From: Narcine bancroftii
Taxonomy: Eukaryota
Reading direction: 5' to 3'
Length of the DNA: 64,000 nt
Assembly: GCF_036971445.1 (NCBI RefSeq)
Contig: NC_091481.1
Location: 83,328,001 to 83,392,000 of the forward strand
A program made the position numbers and the translations under genes. Under the pieces are notes generated by a model. The model did not search any database and was not told where the DNA came from. It saw only the letters and a list, made by a program, of their open reading frames with translations. Position 1 is the stretch's first letter; every line of letters starts with the position of its first letter. Of the stretch, positions 37,685 to 51,100 are shown piece by piece.

Positions 37685-40020
37685 ATGCATCGCCCAGTTC
37701 AAGTTGCCGCGAAGATATGGTACACCATCATTGCCATTATTGGTGTTCCTGGTAAGTACCTTTCGCCTTTACATTTCACTGAGTCTGTGAGGGGGAGTCC
37801 AATGGCTTCACCTCCGCTCTGTCTGTCCTCAGGAATACGTTTTCCTCTCCAGCCCCTCTGAACTATGTCCTCCTCCTTCTGGCTACAAGGCTTAGCCCTT
37901 CCTTTACCTCCCTCCCTCCACATTGGTCAGGTCTGCATAAACGATGAAGCAAAATAAGCACATGCTGAGGGCACCAAGGGAAGGGGTGCCATAGAGTTTT
38001 TTCCAGTGACAGATTTACCAAGGTGCAGCTGAATGAGGGTCCCACAAAAAGGAGCCCCACCATAAATGGAAAAAAACATATATTATACCCGGTAAATACA
38101 TATAGAACATGGTGAGGTTATGTGATGGTCTGTGTCATGATACATCTATTGAGGTTATATTTAATATCGTTGTGGGGTCTGACCTCGAAGAAAACTGAAT
38201 TTTTAATCTATTATTTCACATTTAGCATTTGTTGAGTCTTAATATCTTGTCAGTCAGACCGTGGAGGGGTTGAGAGGGAACCACTGTGGGGCTGTGTTTA
38301 GCGCCTCAATTGGCCTTAATCCTTCCCTGTATAATCACTTTCCCGCATCTCCTCCATTACCCCACTTCTGCTCCCACCCAGTTTCTGCTTCAGATGCAAC
38401 AGGGATAGGGGGTCTTCTTGAGAGAGATCTCAGCGTGAAAGTGGCCAAGGTGAGAGATGGCGTTGAAGAAGTCCTGGCTTCATTAACCGTGGGATGGAAC
38501 ACAGGAGAAGGAGGGAATCGTTGTTCCAGTGAATGAAGATATTTATGGGGCCTCACCTGGATTATCGTGTGTAGTACGCGTTGCCACACTGCAGAATCAG
38601 ATTGTGTTGGTGTGGAGAGGGTGCAGAGGAGATTCACCAAGATGTTGCAGACACACGGGGGAGAGTAGATGCTGGATACTGGTGCAAATATAAACAACTG
38701 GATGGTGGAAGTTCGAGGGTCGATGGTGGATGGAAAACAATTATCGACATTTCTGGTCAGATCCCTTCATCCAGTCTTGACGAAGTGACACTGAATATCA
38801 GTTCGATTATGGGTTCCAACCCAAATCATTAACCTTTCTTTTCTCCCACTGATGCCCCTCGACCTGCTGAGCTCCTCCAGTAGAATTTGTTCTTGCTTAT
38901 TTTTTTACACCAGGATATTGTTGCCTATTTAGGATTATTTTAGTTTTAAAGAGAGATTACATGGGCTGGGTTTGATCCATTAAACAATCGAGCATAAAGT
39001 TTGTAAGCTGGTTGGGGTTTTAGGTAAGATTTTATCTTCTGTAACAAAATTTGGTTCCTTGCTGACGCAGGATGACCTGTACATTCTGACCCATTTTATC
39101 CTCTCTCTTGCTTTGCAGTGAATTTCGTGGCGATTGTGATCCTGTCCCGGGGTAAGTGCGGGCTCTCCCCTTGCACCACCCTGTACCTGGTGGCCATGGC
39201 GGTGACGGACCTCTTGACCATCGTCACCCAGGTCATACTACGGCGCATCAATATTTATTATTTCCCCTGGAACTTCCTGCGCATCACGCCCGTCTGCAGT
39301 GTGCTGTTTGTCCTCAGGCATGCGGCCAGGGGCTGTTCTGTCTGGTTCACTGTTACTTTCACCTTTGATCGATACGTGGCCATTTGCTGCCAGAAGTTAA
39401 AAAATAAATACTGCACCAGGAAAACCGCGGTGGTGGTTCTGACGATAACTGGCACTCTGGTCTGTTTAAAAAATATTCCCAAATACTTCACACAGGAACC
39501 TTGGGTGATAATCGATGGTATTCCTTGGCTGTGTGTCTTTAAGCCGGAATATTTCTCTCAGCCGGAATGGATGGGATTTGACTGGTTCGACGCTGTTTCT
39601 ACCCCATTGCTGCCTTTCGGATTAATCTTGTTATTTAATGTTCTGACGGTCAAACACATTCTGGTTGCCAGTCGGGTACGCAAGGGGCTAAGAGGTCAAA
39701 GCAGGGGAGAGAAAGGCAGTGACCTCGAGATGGAGAACCGCAGGAAGTCTATCATTTTACTCTTCACGCTATCGGGCAGCTTCGTCCTCCTGTGGCTGTC
39801 GTACATTATAGATTCCTTCTTTTATTCCATCGCTGGCACCACTATCGACAAATACAATATTTATCAGTACAACTTTCGTTACGTGGGAGCCATGCTTCTA
39901 CATTTAAGTTGCTGCACTAACACATTTATCTATGCTGTGACTCAGTCCAAGTTCAGGGAACAGCTCAAGAACTTGGCAAAGTGTCCTGTACCTTCAATTA
40001 TCCAACGAATTTATCAATAA
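37685..40020 (+). CDS. GPR139-like class A GPCR, copy 1 (exons 37685-37751 and 39119-40020; 322 aa)
   Basis: Phase-1 GT-AG intron splitting TM1. Seven hydrophobic segments, TFDRYVAIC, Cys pair at TM3/ECL2, NTFIY in TM7. The SRGKCGLS and RRKSIILL motifs are typical of the chondrichthyan GPR139-like family. Confidence 0.93.
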
Positions 40021-40189
40021 AACTGAACTCAACAATTGATGTGCACAGATGTACTGGGTCAGAACAAATATTGGACTCAGGGTTTGCAAAGCTGATCTGA
40101 GGTTTACGAGTCTACCTGTATCTTGACGTGAATGCCGGACTCAAACTCAGAATCAGAATTTAATGTCATGAACATAGTAATCCAGATTA

Positions 40190-42395
40190 GGTGGTAAAGA
40201 GGGGAGCTGAGACAGTGGAATGCTCCAATTGCAGAATGTGGGAATTCTGGGATAGCACAAGAGTCCCTGATGACTACACCTGGAAGAGGTGCATCCAGCT
40301 GCAGATCATTACAGACCATGTCGGGGGACTGGAGCTGGAACTGGATGAGCATCCGGGAGGCAGAGGGGAGTGATAGGTAGGGGCTATGAGGAGTCGGTCA
40401 CAGCGAAAGGGTAAGAGACGGGTAACTGGGTGACTGTTCGGAGATGAAAAGGGAGAAGGCATTCCAGTGCCGAGCACCCCTGCAACCGTTACCCATGTCA
40501 AGAAGTATACCCCTTTGGATACTGCTGGGGGCAGATGACCTATGTGGGCAAGTCGATGTCCAGATCAATACCACCGTGGTCAGATCTGAGCCACAGAGGG
40601 GAATGTTGAAGTCTGGGAGAGGGATAGTCATTGGTGACACGATTGATAGGAGGTTCCTTGGCCACAAAGGAGACTCCAAGATAATATAGGCTTTAATTGC
40701 TATAAACCTACAGGGGAATCTTGCCCATGCTGTTGGCCCAATTCCAAGGAAGTACTGAGGGCCATACTGCCTTTATTAGGGATCCTAATGGGGGAGGGGG
40801 GCAACCACGACACCTTCGTCACCACCAGATCCACCTGGAGGTTAGACTTAAGGGTTCCCAAGTCTCTTTGCCCCTCCAAATTTTAATTTGGTAGTACATA
40901 CTGGGACCATTCACATAGGCACGAGTGAGGCAGAAAGCCTGCAACGCAAGTTTAGGGAGTTAGAAAACAGTTTGAAAAGCATAAGAAATAAAGTCGATGG
41001 CCTTGTCGTTCACCTACAGACTGGCAAGTATGATACTGTGCCCATTCACAGAGTCGTGGCTAAAGGATGGATGTCATTTGTAGCATGAATGACATGCGTC
41101 GAAAGGAGAGGCAGGTAAGTAGAGGGAGGTCTGTTGGTAAGAAATGGCATTAAGTCATTAGAAAGAAGTGACATTGGATCAGAAGATAAAACATCATTGT
41201 GGGTTGAGTAATAAAATCGCAAGGGTCAAAGGACACTGTTGGCAGTTACATTCAGACCTCCAAACAGTAGCCGGGGTGTGGCCAACAAATTATAACGGCA
41301 AATGCAAAAATGCGTGTCGGAAGCGCGATGTTATGGTAGTCGTGGGTGTCTTTAACATGCAAGGAGATTGGGGAAACTAGGTTGGGACTGGATCTAAAGG
41401 GATAGAATTTGTAGAATGCCCACAAAGTGGCTTCTTAGAACAGATCGTGGCAGAGCTGACCAGGGAAGTGGCAATTATGGATTGGGTATTGGGAAAGGAA
41501 ACCAGGGTTGATAATGGAATTTATAGACCTGTTAGCCAAACATAGGTGGTGAGGATGTTTATGGAGTCAATTGTCAAGGATGAGGAGACATTTGGATCTT
41601 CAAAAGTTCTTTGAGAAGGTGCCACACATGAGGCTCCCTCACAAAGTAAGAGCCCATGGAATTACAGGGAAGACACCAGCATGGGTGGACAACTGTCTGA
41701 TCGACAAAGATCAGAGAGTGGAAATGAAGGGATCCTATTCTGGTTGGCTTCTGGCTCCCAGTGGTGATCCGCAGGAATCAGTGTTGGGGCCACTTCTTTC
41801 CACGATGTATGTTAATGGTCTGATTTGTGGAATAATGGATTTGAGGCTACGTTTAGCAGATGATACGGAGATTTGTGGAGGGGGAGGTAGGAAAGAGGAA
41901 AAGGAGGAGCCTGAGGTAGATTGGGAGAATGAGTACAGAAGAGGCAAATGAAATATAACATTGGAAAGGCTATGGTCGTGCACTTTGCTAGAAGGAATAA
42001 CAGGGCAAAATATCATTTCGATGGGGGAGAAAATTCAAAATTCAGAGGTACAAAGGGACTTGGAAATCCTCATGCAGGTCACCCTATAGGTTAACCTCCA
42101 GGATGGGTCGGCGGTGAAGAAGGCGAATGCAATGTTGCTGATCATGTCTGGAGGAATAGGATCCAAGAGCAGGGATGTGATGTTGAGGCTTTATAAGGCA
42201 CTGGTGACGCCTCACTTGGAGTACCGGGTACAGTTTTAGGTCCTTATTTTCCTTATAGAAGTATTTGGAATGTTGAAAGATCTGCACAGAGTATAGATGT
42301 GGCAAAGTTGCTTCCCATAGTCGAGGAGTCAAGGACAAGAGGGCACAACTACAGGATTGAAGGGCGGAAATTTAAAACAAAACTGAGGAGGAGTT
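40190..42395 (+). mobile_element. Degraded CR1 LINE (ORF1 zinc finger/SGNH, endonuclease, RT), duplicated with the GPCR unit
   Basis: VECSNCRMWE, IVIGD, VVHTGT, PQ.SVLGP and LADDT. Near-identical copy at 48345-50625. Confidence 0.85.
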
Positions 42396-42539
42396 ATGAC
42401 AGTGGTTTTCAAACGTTTTCTTTCCACCTACATCCCACCTTAAGCAATCCCTTACTAATCACAGAGCAGCGATGGCACAAGGATTACTTAAAGTGGGTTG
42501 TGAGTGGAAAGAAAAAGGTTGAGAATCACTGAGTTAAGG

Positions 42540-43650
42540 TTTCTAAGATATTTAAAGATCTTTTCAAAGAAAACTTCAGTCCTTTGTTTAGGGAGGTGGA
42601 AGAGACCTATCTAAATGGCCCCCTCTTTTATGTCGCTTGTTGGTAGAATTAACGCCATCAAAATGAATGTTCTGTCTAAATTTTTATATTTATTCCAAGC
42701 AATTCCGATTCCTATACCAAAGAAATTTTTTGACTCGGTTGAATCTGTGATCTCTTTGTATGTTGGGAACAACAAGAGTCCAAGGTTGAATGAATCTCAT
42801 TGACAAAAATCAAAAAGAAATGGGGGCTTTGCTTTGCTGATCCTGAGATATTATTATTGGGCTGTAGTGACCAGCACCCCGCGCCTCAAGATGACACAGG
42901 AAATGGCCGTCGAAGGCGGCAACTGGCAAAGCATCCTGCCGGCTGAAACACCCGTTTCCATAGGCCACTGGCAGAGCGGTGAAACTGGCCAATCATCGCC
43001 GGTGGATTGCAAAGGAACCCCATCGGGGCCCGGGGATCCAAGGGGACCAATTGGCAGCCGGCCCGCTCAAGCCACGCCCCGGTGGCGATGCGGCCGAGCT
43101 GACTATAAAAGGCACAGTTGTCACTGAATAAACTCAGTGTCGAATATGCTCTACTGGTGTGTGTGTGTCTTTTTTCTCCTTGCGGATTCGAGCTACAGCC
43201 TTAGGGCTATAACCGAGAACTACAATGTATTGAGCTCGCTACAGGGCGATTAATATTAAATGTATTAATTTCTGGATTCGTTGCATAGATAAATCGGACA
43301 GAGTGGACCTGCATGGGGCTGAACGGTTTTAACGTTTGCTCTGGCTACACTACTTGACACTTGCCTTCCATTTACTTTGGTAAAAAGTTCGGTTGTCAAA
43401 ACCTCATTATGAATTTAGTTTCAATTCTGTTTTGAACAGAATAATATTCCTTTATCTGCCATGATTATCAATAATTTCTTTTTCCTTCCATCTTGCCTTG
43501 ATAGTGCATTTTCATAAATGGAAGGAAAAGGGCGTCATTTCATTGTTTGATTTATTTGTAGATGGCTGTTTTATGACCTTTGAGCATTTTCACATACATT
43601 AAATCTCCACAATTTCCAAGTTAGAGATTTTCTGAGACACCAAGTTACTA
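42540..43650 (+). mobile_element. L1 ORF2 fragment interrupted by a solo LTR
   Basis: GRINAIKMNVLSKFLYLFQAIPI and YYWA|INIK across the LTR. Confidence 0.82.
42863..43243 (+). mobile_element. Solo LTR (381 bp)
   Basis: TGTAG...CTACA termini, TATAAAA and AATAAA, and a 4-bp TSD GGGC. Removing it restores the L1 frame YYWAINIK. Confidence 0.9.
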
Positions 43651-43689
43651 CTTTTCCGTTCAAGGAGTGGCCATGGGAACCCAAGTCAA

Positions 43690-44820
43690 GTCCCCTTTAT
43701 GTATCGTCCATACAACACTCGCACGGTAAAGACGAGATCACATTTCTCCAGGACCATGGAGCATATTAACAGAAATATAGGTTAGAATAGAAGTTCAACA
43801 AGTTTAAAATGTTAAAACTTATACATTAACAGTCTACAGTACCCTGGCCCCAAATGTTCTGGGAGTTCAGGAATTTGATAGCTTGTGGGGGATAAAGCTC
43901 TTGCCCAATCTGGATGTCAGGGCCCAAGTGCTAGGGTACCTCCTACCCGATAGCAGAAGGGAGAACAGTTTACATGAGAGGTGTGTGGAGTCCTTTACAA
44001 TATTTATTGTCCCTCACCTGCATCAAGTGTTGTAGACAAACTTCACGGTAGGAAGGGAGTCCCCAATGATCTTTTCTGCTGACATCACAATTCTCTGTAG
44101 GGTTTTGCAGTCCGAGGAGGTACAGTTTCCAAACCAGGTGGTGATGCAGTTGCCTAGGATGCTCTCGATACATCCTCTTAGAACGTAGTGAGGATGGAGG
44201 GTGGGAGATAAACCCTTTGCGGGAAGTAGAGGCGCTGCTGGGCTTTTTTGGCTATGGAACTGATGTTAAGAACCAGTTGAGATTCTATGCCAAGTGCACT
44301 CCAAGGAACTTGATACTCTTGACGACATCAACGGTAGAGCCATCAATGGTCAGCGGAGTGTGCCCCCCCCCCCCCCCCCCCACCAGGCCCTCCTGAGGTC
44401 GTCAACCATCTCTTTCGTTTTTTTGATGTCCAGGTACAGGTTGTTGGCTCTGCACCAGTCCGTTAGCAACTGCACCTCATCTCTGTACACTGAATCCTCA
44501 TTCCTACTGATCAGGCCCACCATGGTCGTGTCATGAGCGAGCTTGATGATGTGGTTCAAGCTGTGTTTAGCTACACAATCGTGGGTTGGCAGAGCGAACA
44601 GCAGTGGATTCAGCACACAGACCTGGCGGTGGGGAGATGGGGTCCAGTGTTCAGTCTGATGGTCATGATGGTGCTGTTACTGAGCCAGACTGCCTGAGTT
44701 CTCCCCAACAGAAAGCCAAGAATCCAATTGCAGAGGGAGGTGTTTAGACTCAACTGTGGTCCAATTGTGTTGAATGCTGAGCTGAAGTCAATAAACAGCA
44801 TTTGAACATGCGAGTCCTTG
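43690..44820 (-). mobile_element. Rex1/Babar-type LINE RT fragment (shorter copy at 50908-51590)
   Basis: [13 protein letters not shown] and [21 protein letters not shown]. Confidence 0.85.
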
Positions 44821-44829
44821 TTTTCCAGG

Positions 44830-45665
44830 TTTCCTTATTTCCCGCATGAGTCCCAGCTACGCCTGCCTGTTCGGGGAGAATCCATGCTGCAACCTACATT
44901 GGCAACTCCCCTTAACTCTTCCACTGGTACATCGACGACTATGTTGGGGCTGCCTCATTCACCCATGATGAGCTTGTCAACTTCAACCACTTTGGGGTCA
45001 ATTTCCAACCTGATCTCAAACTCACCTGGTCCATCTCAGACAACACTCCCCCTTTCCTGGATCTCTCTGTCTCCAGCTTGGGAGCCAAGCTTTATTACAC
45101 ACCCACTAACTCCCACTACTACGTGGACTAAACTTACTCACACCCTGGCCCATGCAAGGATTCCATTCACTTCTCTCAATTTCTCCATCTCTGCCACATC
45201 CATTCCCAAGATGAGGTCGCCTAGCCCAGATCTTCCGAAATGTCTGCCTTCTTCCGCAAATTCAGCTTCCCCTCCACCACCATCAACTCAGCCCTCACCT
45301 GCATTTCCTCCATTTCCCGCCCCTCTGGCCCCAGTCGTAACAATCATAGAATTCCCCCATTCTCATCTACCACCCCACCAGCCTCTGCATCAGACGAATT
45401 GTCCTCCCGACCCACCCAGCCGTCCCTCCTCCCCGATCGCTGCTGTCTCCTCCCTCCCTTCTCCACCTATTATCTGCTTTTGCCACCACCCCCACTTGCC
45501 CTGCCCCTTCTTCTCCCCCTCCCCCATCCTTTTGTTGGGATCCCGAAATGTTGGTTATGTATTTTTGCCTTTGCTACGTAAAGGACACTATTTCCCTTGG
45601 TGAGATTCTCCAGCAGTTTGTTTTAACTTCAATCACGGTGTGTACAGATTTTCGTGTTTTACTAT
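44830..45665 (+). mobile_element. Penelope-like element RT fragment and tail (copy at 51600-52380)
   Basis: YIDDYVG, LKLTWSISDNTLPFLDL and PCKDSI.FSQFL motifs. Confidence 0.8.
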
Positions 45666-45868
45666 AGATGACGGTCGACATAAATTCAGTGGGCAGAAAG
45701 GCCGGCTGTTGTGGTGTACGACTCCTTGAGTCTAATGCTCAATTTGCCAATATTGGAAGCAGATAATCTTATTCCAACCCTGTATCTCATATTCCTCATT
45801 AACCGTTTCTGTTCTCCTTTGCCAGTTTATGTTTAATTGGCACTTTCCAGTTACACAAGAGGGAGATG

Positions 45869-45965
45869 ATTTGCATGTTGCAATCTGTTCTATTTTTAAA
45901 TAAAGATAACTATTTGGAAGGTGTTGCAACCTCTAGACCTCCCCAGAGATTCGCAGCGTATAAAT
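45869..45965 (+). promoter_or_regulatory. Putative promoter of GPCR copy 2: octamer plus TATA box
   Basis: ATTTGCAT at 45869-45876 and TATAAAT at 45959-45965. Confidence 0.55.
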
Positions 45966-46048
45966 GAAATGTTCGGGGTCGGCATCAGCTCAGAGCTCCA
46001 TTCAGAGAGATTGCCTGCAGCACGAAGATACGTCTTCTCACGCAGAAC

Positions 46049-48169
46049 ATGCATCTCCCAGTTCAAGTTGCCGCGAAGATATGGTACACCCTCATTGCCA
46101 TTATTGGTGTTCCTGGTAAGTGCATTTCACTGCGTCTGTGCGGGTGAGTCCAATGGCCAGCTCTCTCCCAGTTGCTTCACCACTGCTGTGTCTGTTCTCA
46201 GGAATACGTTATCCACTCCAGCCCCTCTGAACTATGTCCATCTCCTTCTGGATACAAGGCTTAGCCCTTCCTTCTCCTCTTTCCCTCCACGCTGCTCAAT
46301 AAAATCAGGCCTGGATGAACCATGAAGCAAAGTGAGCACATGCTAAGGGCATCAAGGGAGAGGGGATCCACAGAGCTTTTTTTCACAGTGCCGGATTTAC
46401 CAGGGAGCAGCTGAACGAGGGCCCCGAAATTTACATTTTTTCCTATTGCCCTAGTTATAAGTAATCATTTGCTTATATTGCTTACTGCTATTTAGTGTAA
46501 ATAAAATTTTAAAAACATTGTATTTAATATGGTTGTGGAGAAAAATTGAAGTTTTCATCTATTATTTCACATTCAGTACTTATTGAGTCTTAACGTCAGT
46601 CAGACCATGGAAGGGTCGAGAGGGACCATTGTTGGGCTGTGTTTAGGGTCTCAATTGGCCTTAATCTGACCCTGTATAAATCTCCTCCCTCCTCTCCTCC
46701 ATTACCCACTTCTTCTCCCACCCAATCTCTGCTTCAGATGCAACAGGGATAGGGGTTGGTGTGGAGAGGGTGCAGAGGAGATTCACCAGGATATTGCAGA
46801 CAAACAAGGGAGGCAGACATTGGACACTGGAGCAAATATAAAGAACTAGATAGTGGAACTCAGCAGGTCGATAGTGGAAGGAAAACAATTGTCGATGTTT
46901 CTGGTCAGATCCCTTCATCTAGACTCGACGAAGTGACACTGAATATCAGTTCGATTATGGGTTCCAAATCAAATCATTAACCATTCTTTTCTCCCACTGA
47001 TGCCCCTCGACCTGCTGAGCTCCTCCAGTAGAATTTGTTCTTGCTTATTTTTTTACACTAGGATATTGTTGCCTATTCAGGATAATTTCAGTTTTAAAGA
47101 GAGATTACATGGGCTGGGTTTGTATCCAATAAACAATCGAGTGGAAAGTTTGTAAGTTGGTTGGGGCTTTTGGCAAGATTTTATCTTGTGTAACAAAATT
47201 TGGTTCCTTGCTGAGGCAGGATGACCTGTACATTCTGACCCATTTTATCCTCTCTCTTGCTTTGCAGTGAATTTCGTGGCGATTGTGATCCTGTCCCGGG
47301 GTAAGTGCGGGCTCTCCCCTTGCACCACCCTGTACCTGGTGGCCATGGCGGTGACGGACCTCTTGACCATCATCACCCAGGTCATACTACGGCGCATCAA
47401 TATTTATTATTTCCCCTGGAACTTCCTGCGCATCACGCCCGTCTGCAGTGTGCTGTTTGTCCTCAGGCATGCGGCCAGGGGCTGTTCTGTCTGGTTCACT
47501 GTTACTTTCACCTTTGATCGATACGTGGCCATTTGTTGCCAGAAGTTAAAAAATAAATTCTGCACCAGGAAAACCGCGGTGGTGGTTCTGACGATAACTG
47601 GCACTCTGGTCTGTTTAAAAAATATTCCCAAATACTTCACACAGGAACCTTGGGTGATAATCGATGGTATTCCTTGGCTGTGTGTCTTTAAGCCGGAATA
47701 TTTCTCTCAGCCGGAATGGGTGGGATTTGACTGGTTCGACGCTGTTTCAACCCCATTGCTGCCTTTCGGATTAATCTTGTTGTTTAATGTTCTGACCGTC
47801 AAACACATTCTGGTTGCCAGTCGGGTACGCAAGGGGCTAAGAGGTCAAAGCAGGGGAGAGAAAGGCAGTGACCTCGAGATGGAGAACCGCAGGAAGTCTA
47901 TCATTTTACTCTTCACGCTATCGGGCAGCTTCGTCCTCCTGTGGCTGTCGTACATTATAGATTCCTTCTTTTATTCCATCGCTGGCACCACTATCGACAA
48001 ATACAATATTTATCAGTACAACTTTCGTTACGTGGGAGCCATGCTTCTACATTTAAGTTGCTGCACTAACACATTTATCTATGCTGTGACTCAGTCCAAG
48101 TTCAGGGAACAGCTCAAGAACTTGGCAAAGTGTCCCGTACCTTCAATTATCCAACGAATTTATCAATAA
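46049..48169 (+). CDS. GPR139-like class A GPCR, copy 2 (exons 46049-46115 and 47268-48169; 322 aa)
   Basis: Same structure as copy 1, with 5 amino-acid differences by my count. Confidence 0.93.
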
Positions 48170-51100
48170 AACTGAACTCGACAATTGATGTGCACAGATG
48201 TATTGAGTCAGAACAAATATTGGACTCAGTGGAAGGGTTTGCAAAGCTGATCTGAGGTTTACGAGTCTACCTGCATCTTGACGTGAATGCCGGACTCAAA
48301 CTCAGAATCAGAATTTAATGTCATGAACATAGTAATCTAGATTAGGTGGTAAAGAGGGGAGCTGAGACAGTGGAATGCTCCAATTGCAGGATGCGGGAAC
48401 TCTGGGATAGCACAAGAGTCCCTGATGACTACACCTGGAAGAGGTGCATCCAGCTGCAGATCATTACAGACCGTGTCGGGGGACTGGAGCTGGAACTGGA
48501 TGAGCATCCGGGAGGCAGAGGGGAGTGATAGGTAGGGGCTATGAGGAGTCGGTCACAGGAAAAGGGTAAGAGACGGGTAACCAGGTGACTGTTCGGAGAT
48601 GAAAGGGGAAAAGGCATTCCAGTACCAAGCACCCCTGCAACTGTTACCCATGACAAGAAGTATACCCCTTTGGATACTGCTGGGGGCAGATGACCTATGT
48701 GGGCAAGTCGATCTCTAGATCAATACCACCGTGGTCAGATCTGAGCCACAGAGGGGAATGTTGAAGTCTGGGAGAGGGATAGTCATTGGTGACACGATTG
48801 ATAGGAGGTTCCTTGGCCACAAAGGAGACTCCAAGATAATATAGGCTTTAATTGCTATAAACCTACAGGGAAATCTTGCCCATGCTGTTGGTCCAATTCC
48901 AAGGAAGTACTGAGGGCCATACCGCCTTTATTAGGGATCCTAATGGGGGGGGAAACCATGACACCTTCGTCACCACCAGATCCACCTGGAGGTTAGAATT
49001 AAGGGTTCCCAAGTCTCTTTGCCCCTCCAAATTTTAATTTGGTAGTACATACTGGGACCATTCACATAGGCACGAGTGAGGCAGAAAGCCTGCAATGCAA
49101 GTTTAGCGAGTTAGAAAACCATTTGAAAAGCATAAGAAATAAAGTCGATGACCTTGTCATTCAGCTACAGACTGGCAAGTATGATACTGTGACCATTTAC
49201 AGAGTCGTGGCTGAAGGATGGATGTAATTTGGAGCCTGAATGACATGCGTCGAAAGGAGAGGCAGGTAAGTAGAGGGAGGTCTGTTGGTAAGAAATGGCA
49301 TTAAGTCATTAGAAAGAAGTGACATTGGATCAGAAGATAAAACATCATTGTGGGTTGAGTAACAAAATCGCAAGGGTCAAAGGACACTGTTGGCAGTTAC
49401 ATTCAGATCTCCAAACAGTAGCCAGGGTGTGGCCAACAAATTATAACGGCAAATGCAAAAATGCGTGTCGGAAGCGCGATGTTATGGTAGTCGTGGGAGT
49501 CTTTAACATGCAAGGGGATTGGGGAAACTAGTTTGGGACTGGATCTAAATGGATAGAATTTGTAGAATGCCCACAAAGTGGCTTCTTAGAACAGATCGTG
49601 GCTGAGCTGACCAGGGAAGTGGCAATTATGGATTGGGTATTGGAAAGGAAACCAGGGTTGATAATGGAATTTATAGACCTGTTAGCCAAACATAGGTGGT
49701 GAGGATGTTTATGGAGTCAATTGTCAACGATGAGGAGACAATTACCTGGAGGTACATGACAAGTTAAGCCAAAGGCAGCATGGTTTCCTTAAGGGAAAAT
49801 GTTGCCTGACTGCAATTTTCTGAGGACATCTGGACCTTCAAAAGTTCTTTGGGAAGGTACCACACATGAGGCTTCCTCACAAAGTAAGAGCCCATGGAAT
49901 TACAGGGAAGACACCAGCATGGGTGGACCATTGTCTGATCGACAAGGATCAGAGAGTGGAAATGAAGGGATCCTATTCTGGTTGGCTTCTGGTTCCCAGT
50001 GGTGATCCGCAGGGGTCAGTGTTGGGGCCACTTCTTTCCACGATGTATGTTAATGGTCTGATTTGTGGAATAATGGATTTGAGGCTACGTTTAGCAGATG
50101 ATACGGAGATTGGTGGAGGGGGAGTTAGGAAGGAGGAAAAGGAGGAGCTGCAGGGAGCATGAGGTAGATTGGAAGAATGTGCACAGAAGTGGCAAATGAA
50201 GTAGAACATTGGAAAGGCTATGGTCGTGCACCTTACTAGAAGGAATAAAAGGGCAGAATATCATTTGAATAGGGAAAAAATTCAAAATTCAGGGATGCAA
50301 AGGGACTTGGAAATCCTCATGCAGGTCACCCTGCCTGGGTCAGTGGTGAAGAAGGTGAATGCAATGTTGGCGATCATGTCTGGAGGAATAGGATCCAAGG
50401 GCAGGGATCCTATAAAGGCTTTATAAGGCCCTGGTGAAGCCTCACTTGGAGTACAGGGGTATGGTTTTAGGTCCTTATTTTCCTTATAGAAGTAGTTTTA
50501 ATGTTCAAAAGTCTGGACAGAGTCGATGTGGCAAAGTTGCTTCCCATAGTCAAGGAGTCAAGGACAAGAGGGCACAACTTCAGGATTGAAGGGCGCCAAT
50601 TTAAAACAAAACTGAGGAGGAATTATAACAGTGGTTTTCAAACGTTTTCTTTCCACCCACATCCCACCTTAAGCAATCCCTTACTAATCACGGAGCAGCG
50701 ATGGCACAAGGATTACTTAAAGTGGGTTGTGAGAGGAAAGAAAAAGGTTGAGAACCACTGAGTTAAGGTTTCTAAGATATTTAAAGATCTTATCAAAGAA
50801 AACATTCCTTTGTTTAGGGAGGTGGAAGAGACCTTATCTAAATGGCCCCCTCATTCTATATCGCTTGTTGGCAGAATAAATGCCATCAAAATGAACATTC
50901 TGTCTAAACCAGGCGGTGATGCATTTACCTAGGATGCTCTCGATACATCCTCTATAGAACATAGTGAGGATGGAGGGTGGAAGATGAACTCTTTGCGGGA
51001 AGTAGAGGCGCTGCTGGACTTTCTTGCCTATGGTACTGGTGTTGACCAGTTGAGATTCTCTGCAAAGTGCACTCCAAGGAACTTGATACTCTTGACGACA

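Noticed and set aside
37557-37790. Repeated 77-134 aa ORFs (MLQP...) before each receptor, as a separate small gene or uORF
   Set aside because: They are alternative frames over the promoter and true exon 1, repeated only because the unit is duplicated. Their starts lie at or before the TATA position.
44818-45603. 261-aa Ser/Pro/Thr-rich ORF as a mucin-like gene
   Set aside because: Off-frame read of a pyrimidine-rich Penelope remnant, and broken in the duplicate at 51600-52300.
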